NCBI GenBank assembly: GCA_035281265.1
Contig: DATEEF010000125.1
Span: 1 to 62,373, forward strand
DNA length: 62,373 bases
From: Steroidobacteraceae bacterium
GTDB taxonomy: Bacteria; Pseudomonadota; Gammaproteobacteria; Steroidobacterales; Steroidobacteraceae
Direction: 5' to 3'
Shown: one piece after another, positions 49,878 to 59,865 of the stretch
How the letters are laid out: each line of letters begins with the position of its first letter
How positions within the stretch are numbered: position 1 is the first letter of the stretch
Notes under the pieces: model-generated
Seen by the model: only the letters and a program-made list of their open reading frames with translations
What the model was told of the DNA's origin: nothing
Databases searched by the model: none
Made by a program: the position numbers and the translations under genes

Positions 49878-50544
49878 TCCGCCGTCGGCGCTGCCGCCGA
49901 CCTCCCGTGCGCTCGCCGAGCCGAATGGCCTGCTGGCCGTTGGCGGATCGCTGACCCCGGAATGGCTCATCCACGCCTACCGCCATGGCGTCTTTCCCTG
50001 GTTCTCGGCGGACCAGCCCATCCTGTGGTGGGCACCGGATCCGCGCGCCGTGCTGTTGCCGGGCGAGTTCCGCGTCTCGCGCAGCCTCGCGCGCTCCATC
50101 CGCAGGCGCGGCTTCGAGACCCGGGTCAATACCGCCTTCGCCGCGGTTGTCGAGGGATGCGCGGGCCCGCGGCGCGGCATGCCCGGCACCTGGATCACGC
50201 GTGAGATGCACGAGGCCTACGTGCTGCTGCACCGGCGCGGCCTCGCTCATTCGTTCGAGACCTGGCGTGACGGCCGCCTGGTCGGCGGCCTGTACGGCGT
50301 CGCCCTCGGCCGAGCGTTCTTCGGCGAATCCATGTTCTCGCGCGAGAACGACGCCTCGAAGGTCGCCCTGGCGCGCCTTGTCGAGGAGTGCCGGCGGCGC
50401 AACGTGCCGCTGATCGATTGCCAGATGCCGAGCCCGCACCTCGCAAGCCTCGGCAGCCGCAACATCCCGCGCTGGGAATTCGAGGCCAGGCTCGGCGAGC
50501 TGATCAATTCCCGCGTGCCCGTGTGGCGCGAAGGCCACATTTAA
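49840..50544 (+). CDS. aat: leucyl/phenylalanyl-tRNA--protein transferase
   Basis: Collinear with E. coli Aat: EPNGLLAVGGSL, GVFPWFSADQPILWWAPDPR, GTWIT, LVGGLYGVALGRAFFGESMFS, IDCQ. ATG 49840 or 49846. Overlaps the upstream gene by 38 nt. Confidence 0.9.
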   Translation: MPMSGIAWLQKTDPPSALPPTSRALAEPNGLLAVGGSLTPEWLIHAYRHGVFPWFSADQPILWWAPDPRAVLLPGEFRVSRSLARSIRRRGFETRVNTAFAAVVEGCAGPRRGMPGTWITREMHEAYVLLHRRGLAHSFETWRDGRLVGGLYGVALGRAFFGESMFSRENDASKVALARLVEECRRRNVPLIDCQMPSPHLASLGSRNIPRWEFEARLGELINSRVPVWREGHI

Positions 50545-50604
50545 TTGCGCGGGCTGGCCGCCTGCGTCACAATCCGCGCGGTTTCGCGGAAGCAAGGGGC
50601 GCGT

Positions 50605-50823
50605 TTGGCCAAGGAAGAAGCAATCCAGATGGAAGGCGAGGTCGTCGAGACCCTGCCCAACACGACGTTCCGGGTGCGCCTGCAGAACGACCACGTCGTC
50701 ACGGCGCACATCTCCGGGAAGATGCGCAAGCACTACATCCGGATCCTCACGGGTGACACCGTGACGGTCGAGCTGACGCCCTACGACCTCACGAAGGGCC
50801 GCATCATCTACCGCGCGCGATAA
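50605..50823 (+). CDS. infA: translation initiation factor IF-1
   Basis: 72 aa from TTG 50605 (AAGGGG about 7 nt upstream). [69 protein letters not shown] is near-identical in pattern to E. coli IF-1. Confidence 0.95.
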   Translation: MAKEEAIQMEGEVVETLPNTTFRVRLQNDHVVTAHISGKMRKHYIRILTGDTVTVELTPYDLTKGRIIYRAR

Positions 50824-50875
50824 AAAGGGGACGTTCACCTTTTCCGCTTTGGGAAAAGGTGAACGTCCCCTTTTT
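50822..50875. terminator. bidirectional intrinsic terminator: perfect 24-bp stem hairpin between convergent infA and clpA
   Basis: AAAAAGGGGACGTTCACCTTTTCC - GCTTTG - GGAAAAGGTGAACGTCCCCTTTTT. The terminal A5:T5 pairs of the stem would supply a U run for transcripts from either strand. The left arm starts inside the infA stop codon and the right arm overlaps the clpA stop codon. Confidence 0.75.
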
Positions 50876-53156
50876 ATTCCTGCCCGAGCAGCTCGGGCGA
50901 TTTCGCAGGATGGATTTCGAGCGCGAGGCCGTCGCCGCCGGCGGCCAGCGTGACTCGGACGTTGCCGCCGTTCACCAGCTTGCCGAACAGCAGTTCCTCC
51001 GCCAGCGGTCGCTTGACGTGCTCCTGGAGCACACGCGCCATCGGGCGCGCGCCCATCTTGGGGTCGTAACCGCGCGCGGCGATCCAGCTCCGCGCGGCGT
51101 CGTCCACGGTGAGCGCCACGCCCTTCTGCTCGAGCTGCGCCTCGATCTCGATGACGAGCTTGTCCACGACGCGCTCGATGGTCGGCGGGTCCAGCGGGGC
51201 GAACTGGATGATCGCGTCCAGGCGATTCCTGAATTCCGGCGCAAAGATGCGGCGCACCGCCTCCATGCCGTCGCTGGCGTGGTCCTGCTGGGTGAAGCCG
51301 ATGCTCGCGCGGCCCATCTCGGTGGCGCCGGCATTCGTGGTCATGACGATGATCACGTGACGGAAGTCCGCCTTGCGTCCGTTGTTGTCGGTCAGCGTGC
51401 CGTGGTCCATCACCTGCAGCAGCAGGTTGAACACCTCCGGGTTCGCCTTCTCGATCTCGTCCAGCAGCAGCACGCAGTGCGGATGCTTCGTGATCGCCTC
51501 GGTCAGCAGGCCGCCCTGGTCGAAGCCGACGTACCCGGGGGGCGCGCCGATAAGGCGCGAGACCGTGTGCCGCTCCATGTACTCGGACATGTCGAAGCGG
51601 ATGAGCTCGACGCCGAGGGCGATGGCGAGTTGGCGCGTCACCTCGGTCTTGCCGACGCCGGTAGGCCCGGCGAACAGGAAGCTGCCGACCGGGTGGCGCT
51701 CGTCGCCGAGGCCGGCGCGCGACATCTTGATCGCGGCCGCCAGCGCGTCGATCGCCGCGTCCTGGCCGAAGATGACGAGCTTCAGGTTGCGTTGCAGGTT
51801 CGCCAGCACCTCGCGGTCCGAGGTCGACACGTTCTTCGCCGGGATGCGGGCGATGCGGGCGACGACGGCCTCGATGTGTGTGACCGTCACCGCAGGCTCG
51901 CGCTCAGCCGCCGGCTTGAGCCGCAGCGAAGCCCCCGCCTCGTCGACGACGTCGATCGCCTTGTCCGGCAGGTGGCGGTCGTTGATGTGGCGCTCGGCCA
52001 GCTCCGCGGCGGCCACGAGCGCCTCGTCGGCGTAAGTGATGCCGTGGTGCTCCTCGAAGCGCGACTTGAGCCCGCGCAGGATCTCGATGGTCTCGGCGAC
52101 GCTGGGCTCGACGACGTCGATCTTCTGGAAGCGGCGTGCGAGCGCGTGGTCCTTCTCGAAGATGCCGCGGTACTCCTGGTAGGTGGTGGAGCCGATGCAG
52201 CGCAGCTCGCCGTTGGCGAGCAGCGGCTTGATCAGGTTCGAGGCGTCCATGACTCCGCCGGACGCGGCGCCGGCGCCGATCACCGTGTGGATCTCGTCGA
52301 TGAAGAGGATCGCGCCGGGCTTCTTCTTGAGCTCGCCGACCACGCCCTTGAGGCGCTTCTCGAAGTCGCCGCGGTATTTCGTGCCCGCGATCAGCGCGCC
52401 CATGTCGAGTGCGTAGATCGTGCACCCGGCAAGCACGTCGGGGACCTTCCTCTCGACCACGAGGCGCGCGAGGCCCTCGGCGATCGCGGTCTTGCCCACG
52501 CCGGCCTCGCCGACGTACAAGGGGTTGTTCTTGCGGCGCCGGCACAGAATCTCGATGGTGCGCTGCACCTCGAGCTGGCGGCCGATCAGGGGATCCACGC
52601 GCCCGGCCAGCGCCTGCGCGTTCAGGTTGACCGTGTATTTCTCGAGCGCCCCGGCGGCTGCGTCCTCGGCCCCTTCGCGGTCGCCCGAGGCGTTCTCCTC
52701 GCGCGCGGCCTCGCGGCCCTCGCCCGAGGATGGCAGCCCGTGCGAGATGTAGTTGACGATGTCGAGCCGGGTCACGTCCTGCAGCGACAGGAGGTAGGCC
52801 GCGTGCGACTGCTTCTCGCTGAAGATGGCGACCAGCACGTTCGCGACCGTGACTTCCTTCTTGCCGCTCGACTGCACGTTGAAGACGGCGCGCTGGAGCA
52901 CGCGCTGGAAGCCGAGCGTCGGTTGCACCTCGCGATCGTCCTCCGCGGCGAGGGCCGGCGTCGTCTCGTCGATGAACTTCTGGAGCTCGGCCTGGAGCCG
53001 CGCGAGGTCCGCACCGCAGGCCTTGAGGATCTCGCGCACGCGCGGCGCATCCAGGATCGACAGCAGCAGGTGCTCCACGGTCATGTACTCGTGGCGCGCG
53101 TCGCGGGCCTTCTGGTAGGCCTCGTTCAGGCAGTACTCGAGCTCACTCGAGAGCAC
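50874..53156 (-). CDS. clpA: ATP-dependent Clp protease ATP-binding subunit ClpA
   Basis: GTG start directly after the clpS stop. N-domain LSSELEYCLNEAYQKARDARHEYMTVEHLLL. Two AAA+ modules (GEAGVGKTA and GPTGVGKTE). Confidence 0.97.
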   Translation of the reverse strand: MLSSELEYCLNEAYQKARDARHEYMTVEHLLLSILDAPRVREILKACGADLARLQAELQKFIDETTPALAAEDDREVQPTLGFQRVLQRAVFNVQSSGKKEVTVANVLVAIFSEKQSHAAYLLSLQDVTRLDIVNYISHGLPSSGEGREAAREENASGDREGAEDAAAGALEKYTVNLNAQALAGRVDPLIGRQLEVQRTIEILCRRRKNNPLYVGEAGVGKTAIAEGLARLVVERKVPDVLAGCTIYALDMGALIAGTKYRGDFEKRLKGVVGELKKKPGAILFIDEIHTVIGAGAASGGVMDASNLIKPLLANGELRCIGSTTYQEYRGIFEKDHALARRFQKIDVVEPSVAETIEILRGLKSRFEEHHGITYADEALVAAAELAERHINDRHLPDKAIDVVDEAGASLRLKPAAEREPAVTVTHIEAVVARIARIPAKNVSTSDREVLANLQRNLKLVIFGQDAAIDALAAAIKMSRAGLGDERHPVGSFLFAGPTGVGKTEVTRQLAIALGVELIRFDMSEYMERHTVSRLIGAPPGYVGFDQGGLLTEAITKHPHCVLLLDEIEKANPEVFNLLLQVMDHGTLTDNNGRKADFRHVIIVMTTNAGATEMGRASIGFTQQDHASDGMEAVRRIFAPEFRNRLDAIIQFAPLDPPTIERVVDKLVIEIEAQLEQKGVALTVDDAARSWIAARGYDPKMGARPMARVLQEHVKRPLAEELLFGKLVNGGNVRVTLAAGGDGLALEIHPAKSPELLGQE

Positions 53157-53516
53157 TCAGGTCTCCTCCATCGTGCACAGCAGCGGATGCTGGTGCTGCC
53201 GCGCGTAAGTCATTACCTGTGCCACCTTGGTCTCCGCGATCTCGAACGTGTACACCCCGCAGACGCCCTTGCCCTTCGTGTGCACCTCGAGCATGACCCG
53301 TGTGGCGCGCATGCGGTCGAGGCTGAAGATCCGCTGCAGGACGTCGACCACGAATTCCATGGGCGTGTAGTCGTCGTTCAGCAGCACCACCTGGTACAGC
53401 GGCGGCTTGCGCAGCTTCGGCTGCGCCTCCTCGACCACCAGGTCGAGGCCGCTCTGCCCGGTCTCACGCTCCTTGTCGCCTGCCACGATTCCCGTCTTCC
53501 TTCGCCTGCGGCTCAT
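53157..53516 (-). CDS. clpS: ATP-dependent Clp protease adaptor ClpS
   Basis: [27 protein letters not shown]...[25 protein letters not shown]. Confidence 0.95.
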   Translation of the reverse strand: MSRRRRKTGIVAGDKERETGQSGLDLVVEEAQPKLRKPPLYQVVLLNDDYTPMEFVVDVLQRIFSLDRMRATRVMLEVHTKGKGVCGVYTFEIAETKVAQVMTYARQHQHPLLCTMEET

Positions 53517-53711
53517 TTATAGGGGCCGCCAGCCGGTGGCACAAGTGACGGGTCCGGCATTCCCGCAGGACGGCACGACTGCAAGCCCGGTTTGAGAAGT
53601 GTCGCACAAGTGCCCGCCGTTACATCGTTTTCCCGCACCTATTGCCTTGTGGGGCCGCGCCACCAACCCGTATCATGTCGCGGTTTCCGGGCCTCGCGGA
53701 CCAGCCACCGC

Positions 53712-54686
53712 ATGCAGCTAGTCGACCGCATCGTCGCGCCACTGCGCCGCCCGTCGGGCGGCGTACAGGGACTTGCGGCCGCCGCCCCGACTATCGCCAC
53801 CGTCCTGCTCGCCGTCGTGATAGCCGCACAGCTCGCCTCGCTTGTCTGGCGCGCGCTCGGTTCGGGGGGCGAGGAACTCGAGCCCGAGACCCCCGGATTC
53901 ACTGCGGCGGAGCCGGCCGTCGACCTTCCCGCCATCGTGAACGCCCACCTGTTCGGCGTCGCCGCCGATTCCGGCGACCCGTCGTCGGCGCCGGCTACCT
54001 CGGCGAACCTGGCGCTGACCGGGACGCTGGCCGGGCGCGAGCCCGAGCAGGGCTGGGCGATCATCGGTGCGAGCGGCCAGTCTGCCCGCGTCTACGAGAC
54101 CGGGGCGTCGCTGCCCGGCGGCACCAAGCTCGTTGCGGTGTACCCGGATCGCGTGATCCTCGACCGCAACGGTTCGCGCGAATCCCTGATGTTGCCGCGC
54201 CTGTCGGGAGGCGCGGGCTCCGCCATGGCGCCGCGCGTCGCCTCGCGCGGGCAGGCAGCTTCGCCCGACGCCTCGCTCGCCGACAGCGTGCGCCAGCTGC
54301 TCGTGCAGAATCCGCAGGCTGGCGGTGACCTGTTGCGGCCGCAACCGGTCTTTGCCGGCGGCTCGCTTCGTGGCTACCGCGTGTACCCCGGGCGCAACCG
54401 CGCCCAGTTCGCAGGGCTCGGCCTGCAGCCGGGCGACCTGGTCATGGCGGTCAACGGGGCGGCCCTCGACGATCCCAACCGCGGTCTCGAGATCCTGCGA
54501 GGTGTCGGCCAGGGATCCGCCGTCACGCTCACCGTGGAGCGCGGGGGCCAGCAGCAGCAGGTCACAATCGACCCGGTGACGGCGGTGCAGGAGCTGCAGC
54601 AGGCGCCCGCCGAGGAAGAGCCGGTCGAGGAAGAGGACGCAGAAGACGTCGAGATGGTGGAGGAGGAAGAGCCGGCCACCGAGTGA
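53712..54686 (+). CDS. gspC: type II secretion system protein C (GspC)
   Basis: Internal ATG 53712. One N-terminal TM (TIATVLLAVVIAAQLASLVW). HR-like region. C-terminal PDZ-like domain (GYRVYPGRN...GLQPGDLVMAVNGAALDDP). Acidic tail. Located directly upstream of gspD. Confidence 0.75.
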   Translation: MQLVDRIVAPLRRPSGGVQGLAAAAPTIATVLLAVVIAAQLASLVWRALGSGGEELEPETPGFTAAEPAVDLPAIVNAHLFGVAADSGDPSSAPATSANLALTGTLAGREPEQGWAIIGASGQSARVYETGASLPGGTKLVAVYPDRVILDRNGSRESLMLPRLSGGAGSAMAPRVASRGQAASPDASLADSVRQLLVQNPQAGGDLLRPQPVFAGGSLRGYRVYPGRNRAQFAGLGLQPGDLVMAVNGAALDDPNRGLEILRGVGQGSAVTLTVERGGQQQQVTIDPVTAVQELQQAPAEEEPVEEEDAEDVEMVEEEEPATE

Positions 54687-54712
54687 GGCCGTGCCCGCAA
54701 AGGAATGACTCC

Positions 54713-56797
54713 ATGACCCGATTCATCAGGATCGCCGCCCTCGTCCTCTCGGCACTGCCGCTTGCCACGGCGGCACAGCAAGGCACGCAGATCACGCCGA
54801 ACTACAAGGACGCGGACATCGCCCAGGTCATCGAGGCCGTGAGCCAGGTCACCGGCAAGACCTTCATCGTCGACCCGCGCGTGCGGGCGCAGGTGACGAT
54901 GCTGTCGACGACCCCGATGAGCCCGGACGCCTTCTACGAGGCGTTCCTCTCGATCCTGCAGGTCTACGACTACATCGCCGTGCCGTCCGGCAATGTCGTC
55001 AAGATCCTGCCGAGTGCGACTGCCCGCCAGGTGCCAGCCAACGACCTCCCGGACCGCGTCAGCTCGACGTCGGACGAGATCGTCACGCAGGTCGTGCAGG
55101 TCCGGAACGTGTCGGCCGGCCAGCTGGTGCCCATCCTGCGGCCGATGATGCCGCAGGCCGCCCACCTCGCGGCCTATCCCAGCGCCAACATGCTGATCAT
55201 CTCCGACCGCGCGGCGAACGTGAACCGCATCATGCGCATCGTCCAGCGCATCGACCGCACCGGCGACGAGGACATCGAGGTCATCCGCCTCGAGCACGCC
55301 TCCGCGAACGAGATCGTGCGGGTCATCAACTCCCTGTCGTCCGCCCAGGGCGCGGATGCGGGCGGCGGTGCGCGCGTCGTTGCCGACGAGCGCACGAACA
55401 GCGTGCTCGTGAGCGGCGAGAAATCCCAGCGGCTGCGGCTGCGCACCCTGGTCGCCCACCTCGATACGCCGCTCGAGGCGGGTGGCGACACCCAGGTGCG
55501 GTACCTGCGCTATGCCGACGCCGAAAAGCTCGCCGCCAAGCTGAAGGAGCAGTCCGGCGCGGCCGTCGCCAAGGAAGGCGGCCAAGCAGCCGCTCAGGCC
55601 GCCGCCAGCCCCGCGGCCGTCGACAAGTCGGTCACCATCTGGGCCGACCCCGAGACGAATGCGCTCGTGATGACCGCGCCGCCGAAGGCCATGCGCTCGC
55701 TGATGGCCGTCGTGGACCGCCTGGACGTGAGGCGCGCCCAGGTCATCATCGAGGCCATGCTGGTCGAGGTGTCGAACGATGCATCGCGCGACCTCGGCGT
55801 CAACTGGGTCGTCGACGGCTCCGGCGACAATTTCCTCGTGGGCCTCTTCAACCAGCCGATTGCCGGCGTGTCGCTGGGGGACATCGCGCGCGGCGTGCAG
55901 GACCCGGAATCGGTCACGAGCGCGCCGGGCGGGTTCACGCTCGGCGGCGGCCGCCGCGAGGACAGCGGGACGAACTTCGCCGCCATCCTGCGGGCCCTCG
56001 CCAGCAACGGCGACACGAACGTCGTCTCGATGCCGTCGGTGATCACACTTGACAATGAAGAGGCGCAGATCAAGGTCGCCCAGGAAGTGCCGTTCCTGAC
56101 GGGCACGTTCACCAACACGGGCGGCGCCGGCGGGGCGGTCAACCCGTTCCAGACCATCGAGCGCAAGGAAGTCGGCAACATCCTCAAGATCACGCCGCAG
56201 ATCACCGATGAGGACACGATCCTCCTCAAGATCGAGCAGGAGGCCTCGGGCATCGCCGCCGCCGCGGCGCAGGTCTCGACCACCGATCTCGTCACCAACA
56301 AGCGCACGATCACGACGCGCGTGCTCGTGGACGACGGCGGCATGCTGGTGCTCGGTGGCCTGATCGAGGACCGTCTCACGGAGAGCGAGAGTCGCGTGCC
56401 GGTGCTCGGCAAGATCCCGGTCATCGGCGCGCTGTTCCGCGTCCGCAACACGCAGAAGACCAAGACGAACCTCATGGTCTTCATCCGGCCACGCGTGCTG
56501 CGGACGGCGGAGCAGGCGGCCATCGAGACGAATTCGAAGTACCAGTACCTGCGCGACCTGCAGCTGAACCGCAACGACGGCAAGGTGCGGATGATCCCCG
56601 GCGCCCAGCAGCCGACCCTCCCGCCGCTCGTCGGACCGACCCAGCCGACACAGCTGCCGCCGCCGCCGTCGTCGCTCGAGTCGTTCTCGCCGGTCACGCC
56701 GGCGCCGCCGCCGGAAAGCGGGACATCACCGCCGGCGGACACGACGACTCCACCGCCGCCACCGCCGCCACCCGAGCAGGAAACGCCGCCGCAGTGA
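54713..56797 (+). CDS. gspD: type II secretion system secretin GspD
   Basis: AAGGAA SD and signal peptide. N0-N3 domains (NYKDADIAQVIEAVSQVTGKTFIVDPRV). Secretin domain (VPVLGKIPVIGALFR, LMVFIRPRVL). Unusual Pro-rich C-terminal tail. Confidence 0.93.
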   Translation: MTRFIRIAALVLSALPLATAAQQGTQITPNYKDADIAQVIEAVSQVTGKTFIVDPRVRAQVTMLSTTPMSPDAFYEAFLSILQVYDYIAVPSGNVVKILPSATARQVPANDLPDRVSSTSDEIVTQVVQVRNVSAGQLVPILRPMMPQAAHLAAYPSANMLIISDRAANVNRIMRIVQRIDRTGDEDIEVIRLEHASANEIVRVINSLSSAQGADAGGGARVVADERTNSVLVSGEKSQRLRLRTLVAHLDTPLEAGGDTQVRYLRYADAEKLAAKLKEQSGAAVAKEGGQAAAQAAASPAAVDKSVTIWADPETNALVMTAPPKAMRSLMAVVDRLDVRRAQVIIEAMLVEVSNDASRDLGVNWVVDGSGDNFLVGLFNQPIAGVSLGDIARGVQDPESVTSAPGGFTLGGGRREDSGTNFAAILRALASNGDTNVVSMPSVITLDNEEAQIKVAQEVPFLTGTFTNTGGAGGAVNPFQTIERKEVGNILKITPQITDEDTILLKIEQEASGIAAAAAQVSTTDLVTNKRTITTRVLVDDGGMLVLGGLIEDRLTESESRVPVLGKIPVIGALFRVRNTQKTKTNLMVFIRPRVLRTAEQAAIETNSKYQYLRDLQLNRNDGKVRMIPGAQQPTLPPLVGPTQPTQLPPPPSSLESFSPVTPAPPPESGTSPPADTTTPPPPPPPPEQETPPQ

Positions 56798-56810
56798 CCG
56801 GGCGCTACCG

Positions 56811-58295
56811 ATGATCGCGGGCACGCCGAAGCCGATCGCGCCGGTCGGACGCCTGCCCTTCGCGTTCGCGAAGCGTCACGGCGTGCTCGTGCGCGGCGTC
56901 GCGGACGGCCGGGCCCAGGTCGTCTACCGCGAAGGCGCCCACCCTTCCGCGGTGGCGGAGCTGCGCCGCTTCCTCGGCATCCCGCTGGTGATCGAGCGCG
57001 TCGCCCAGACGGCGTTCGACGAGCTGCTGCGCAAGGCCTATGAGGGCGGCAGCGGCGAGGCCGGCCAGATCGTCGAAGGCATCGAGGGCGAGACGGACCT
57101 CGCGGGACTTGCCGAAGGGCTGCCGGAGCCGTCGGACCTCATGGAGAGCGAGGATGACGCGCCCGTCATCAAGCTCATCAACGCGGTGCTGTCCCAGGCG
57201 ATCAAGGAAAACGCCTCCGACATCCACATCGAGCCGTACGAGAACCGGCTGGTCATCCGATTCCGCGTGGATGGCGTGCTGCGCGAGGTGCTGCAGACCA
57301 AGCGCGGCGTCGCGCCGCTCTTGATCTCGCGCGTCAAGGTCATGTCGCGGCTCGACATCGCGGAGAAGCGCCTGCCGCAGGACGGCCGCATCAGCCTGCG
57401 CATCGCGGGTCGTGCGGTCGACGTGCGCGTGTCCACACTGCCCTCCGGCCACGGCGAGCGCGTCGTGCTGCGACTTCTCGACAAGCAGGCGGGCCGGCTC
57501 GACCTCTCCTCGCTCGGCATGGAACCGCGCGTGCAGGGGATGATCGACGACGTCATCCACAAGCCGCACGGGATCATCCTCGTCACCGGCCCGACCGGGT
57601 CCGGCAAGACGACGACCCTGTACGCCGCGCTCGAGCGCATCAACGACCGCACGCGCAACATCATGACGGTCGAGGATCCAATCGAGTATTACATCGACGG
57701 CATCGGCCAGACCCAGGTGAATACCAAGGTCGAGATGACCTTCGCCCGCGGCCTGCGGGCGATCCTGCGCCAGGACCCGGACGTCGTGATGGTGGGCGAG
57801 ATCCGCGATACCGAGACCGCGCAGATCGCCGTGCAGGCCTCGCTCACCGGCCACCTCGTGCTCTCGACGCTGCACACGAACACCGCCGTCGGTGCGGTCA
57901 CCCGACTGCGCGACATGGGCGTCGAGCCCTTCCTCCTCGCCTCGACCCTCCTCGGCGTCGTCGCTCAGCGCCTCGTGCGCGTGCTGAACCCGGACACCCG
58001 CATCGGCTATCCGGCGGGCGACTACGAAGCGAAGCTGCTCGGCGTGCCGGTCGGCACGACGCTGTACCGCCCCGGCGCCGACGCGGGTGGCGGCTACCGG
58101 GGCCGCACGGGCATCTACGAGCTCGCGATCGTGAACGACAGGATGCGGGTCATGATCCACGACGGCGCCGGCGAGCACGAGCTGGAGCGCGCCGCCCGCG
58201 AGGTGACCCCCGGCATCCGCGACGACGGCCGCGCCAAGGTACTGAGCGGCGTCACCTCGCTCGAGGAGCTGTTCCGGGTCGCCCGCGAGGAGTGA
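56811..58295 (+). CDS. gspE: type II secretion system ATPase GspE
   Basis: Walker A GPTGSGKTTT, Asp box, Walker B DPDVVMVGEIRD, His box TGHLVLSTLHTN. Confidence 0.95.
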   Translation: MIAGTPKPIAPVGRLPFAFAKRHGVLVRGVADGRAQVVYREGAHPSAVAELRRFLGIPLVIERVAQTAFDELLRKAYEGGSGEAGQIVEGIEGETDLAGLAEGLPEPSDLMESEDDAPVIKLINAVLSQAIKENASDIHIEPYENRLVIRFRVDGVLREVLQTKRGVAPLLISRVKVMSRLDIAEKRLPQDGRISLRIAGRAVDVRVSTLPSGHGERVVLRLLDKQAGRLDLSSLGMEPRVQGMIDDVIHKPHGIILVTGPTGSGKTTTLYAALERINDRTRNIMTVEDPIEYYIDGIGQTQVNTKVEMTFARGLRAILRQDPDVVMVGEIRDTETAQIAVQASLTGHLVLSTLHTNTAVGAVTRLRDMGVEPFLLASTLLGVVAQRLVRVLNPDTRIGYPAGDYEAKLLGVPVGTTLYRPGADAGGGYRGRTGIYELAIVNDRMRVMIHDGAGEHELERAAREVTPGIRDDGRAKVLSGVTSLEELFRVAREE

Positions 58296-59509
58296 TGTCG
58301 GCCTACGAGTACACGGCGCTGGATGCCCAGGGCCGCGAACTGCGCGGCGTGCTGGACGGGGACAGCGCCCGCCAGGTGCGCCAGCTCCTGCGCGACCAGT
58401 CGCTGCTGCCCGTGACCGTCACCGAAGTGAGCGACGCGCCCGCTCCCAGGGCGTTCTCGTTCTCCTTCGGCAACCGCATCGGCACCTCCGACCTCGCCCT
58501 GCTCACGCGGCAGCTGTCGACGCTGGTGCGCTCGGGCATTCCGCTCGAGGAGGCGCTGCTGGCGGTGTCCCAGCAGAGCGAGAAGGCGCGCGTGCGCAGC
58601 GTCATCGCGGGCGTGCGATCGCGCGTCATGGAGGGACGCACGCTCGCCGAGGGCCTGGCCGCCTTCCCGACCGTGTTCCCCGAGATCTACCGGGCGACGG
58701 TCTCGGCCGGCGAGCAGTCCGGGCATCTCGACGCCGTGCTCGAGCGCATGGCGGACTACACGGAGAACCGCCAGGTGCTGCAGCAGAAGATCCGCAACGC
58801 GATGATCTATCCGGTGCTGCTGACGGTCGTATGCCTCGGCATCGTCGCGCTCCTGCTCGGCTACGTGGTTCCGGAGGTGGTGCGCGTGTTCGAGGCCGGC
58901 GAGCGCGAGCTGCCCATCATGACGCGCATCCTCATCGCGATGTCGGACTTCCTGCGTGCCTGGTGGTGGCTCCTGATCATCGTCGTCGCGGCGGCGGCCT
59001 GGGGATTCCGGCGCTGGGTGCGCGACCCGGCGGCGCGGCTCAAGTACGACGCCATGAAGCTCCGGCTTCCGCTCGTCGGCCGCATCACGCGCGGGAACAA
59101 CGCGGCGCGCTTCGCGCGCACGTTCTCGATCCTCGCGGCGAGCGCCGTGCCGGTCCTCGAGGCGCTGCGCATCGCCGCGGAAGTGGTCACCAACACCACC
59201 ATGCGTCGCGCGGTACAGGATGCCGCCGTGCGCGTGCGGGAAGGCGCGCCCATCGCACGTTCCCTCGGCGCGAGCAAGCTCTTCCCGCCGATGCTGGTCC
59301 ATCTCATCGCGAGCGGCGAGACGAGCGGCGAGCTCGAGGCCATGCTCGAACGCGCCGCGGACAACCAGGAACGCGAGCTCGACGGCGTGGTCAATACCGC
59401 CGTCGGCATCCTGGGACCGGTGATGATACTGCTCATGGGCGGGTTTGTTTTTGTGATCGTCATCGCGCTCCTGCTGCCGATCTTCCAGCTGAACCAGCTG
59501 GTGCGCTGA
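58295..59509 (+). CDS. gspF: type II secretion system inner-membrane platform protein GspF
   Basis: ATG 58295 overlaps the gspE stop (TGATG). MSAYEYTALDAQGRELRGVLD matches the GspF N-terminal pattern. Two repeats of the GspF domain, 3 TM helices. Confidence 0.95.
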   Translation: MSAYEYTALDAQGRELRGVLDGDSARQVRQLLRDQSLLPVTVTEVSDAPAPRAFSFSFGNRIGTSDLALLTRQLSTLVRSGIPLEEALLAVSQQSEKARVRSVIAGVRSRVMEGRTLAEGLAAFPTVFPEIYRATVSAGEQSGHLDAVLERMADYTENRQVLQQKIRNAMIYPVLLTVVCLGIVALLLGYVVPEVVRVFEAGERELPIMTRILIAMSDFLRAWWWLLIIVVAAAAWGFRRWVRDPAARLKYDAMKLRLPLVGRITRGNNAARFARTFSILAASAVPVLEALRIAAEVVTNTTMRRAVQDAAVRVREGAPIARSLGASKLFPPMLVHLIASGETSGELEAMLERAADNQERELDGVVNTAVGILGPVMILLMGGFVFVIVIALLLPIFQLNQLVR

Positions 59510-59573
59510 ACCCCCTTGCAGTGGGAGCCTGCGCGCCTTATAAGTCGGCCCGCAGTGACCCGGGACTGGTCGC

Positions 59574-59861
59574 ATGAGCGAGAAGCCCAAGGAAGAATTC
59601 GAGGACGAAGAGCCGGACGAACTCGAGGAAGCCGCCGAGGACCTCGACGTCGACCAGCTGATGCGGGATTTCGACACCCGCAAACGCAGGGGTGCCCGTG
59701 CGGCCGCCGCTGCCGAACCCGCGTGGCGCAAGCTCGAGCGCATCCGCGAGGAGAAGCGCACCGCGGGGCTCCTGTCGGACTTCGAGGATTACGACATCGA
59801 CGAGACCGGCGAGGGCGGCGCTAAGAAGCCGCGCCGCGCCCCGGTCCCGCGCAGGCGGTAA
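59574..59861 (+). CDS. small highly charged protein (95 aa), possibly PA3496-like family
   Basis: Acidic N-terminus ([21 protein letters not shown]), central [27 protein letters not shown], basic tail. The family assignment is from memory only. Confidence 0.55.
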   Translation: MSEKPKEEFEDEEPDELEEAAEDLDVDQLMRDFDTRKRRGARAAAAAEPAWRKLERIREEKRTAGLLSDFEDYDIDETGEGGAKKPRRAPVPRRR

Positions 59862-59865
59862 TCCC

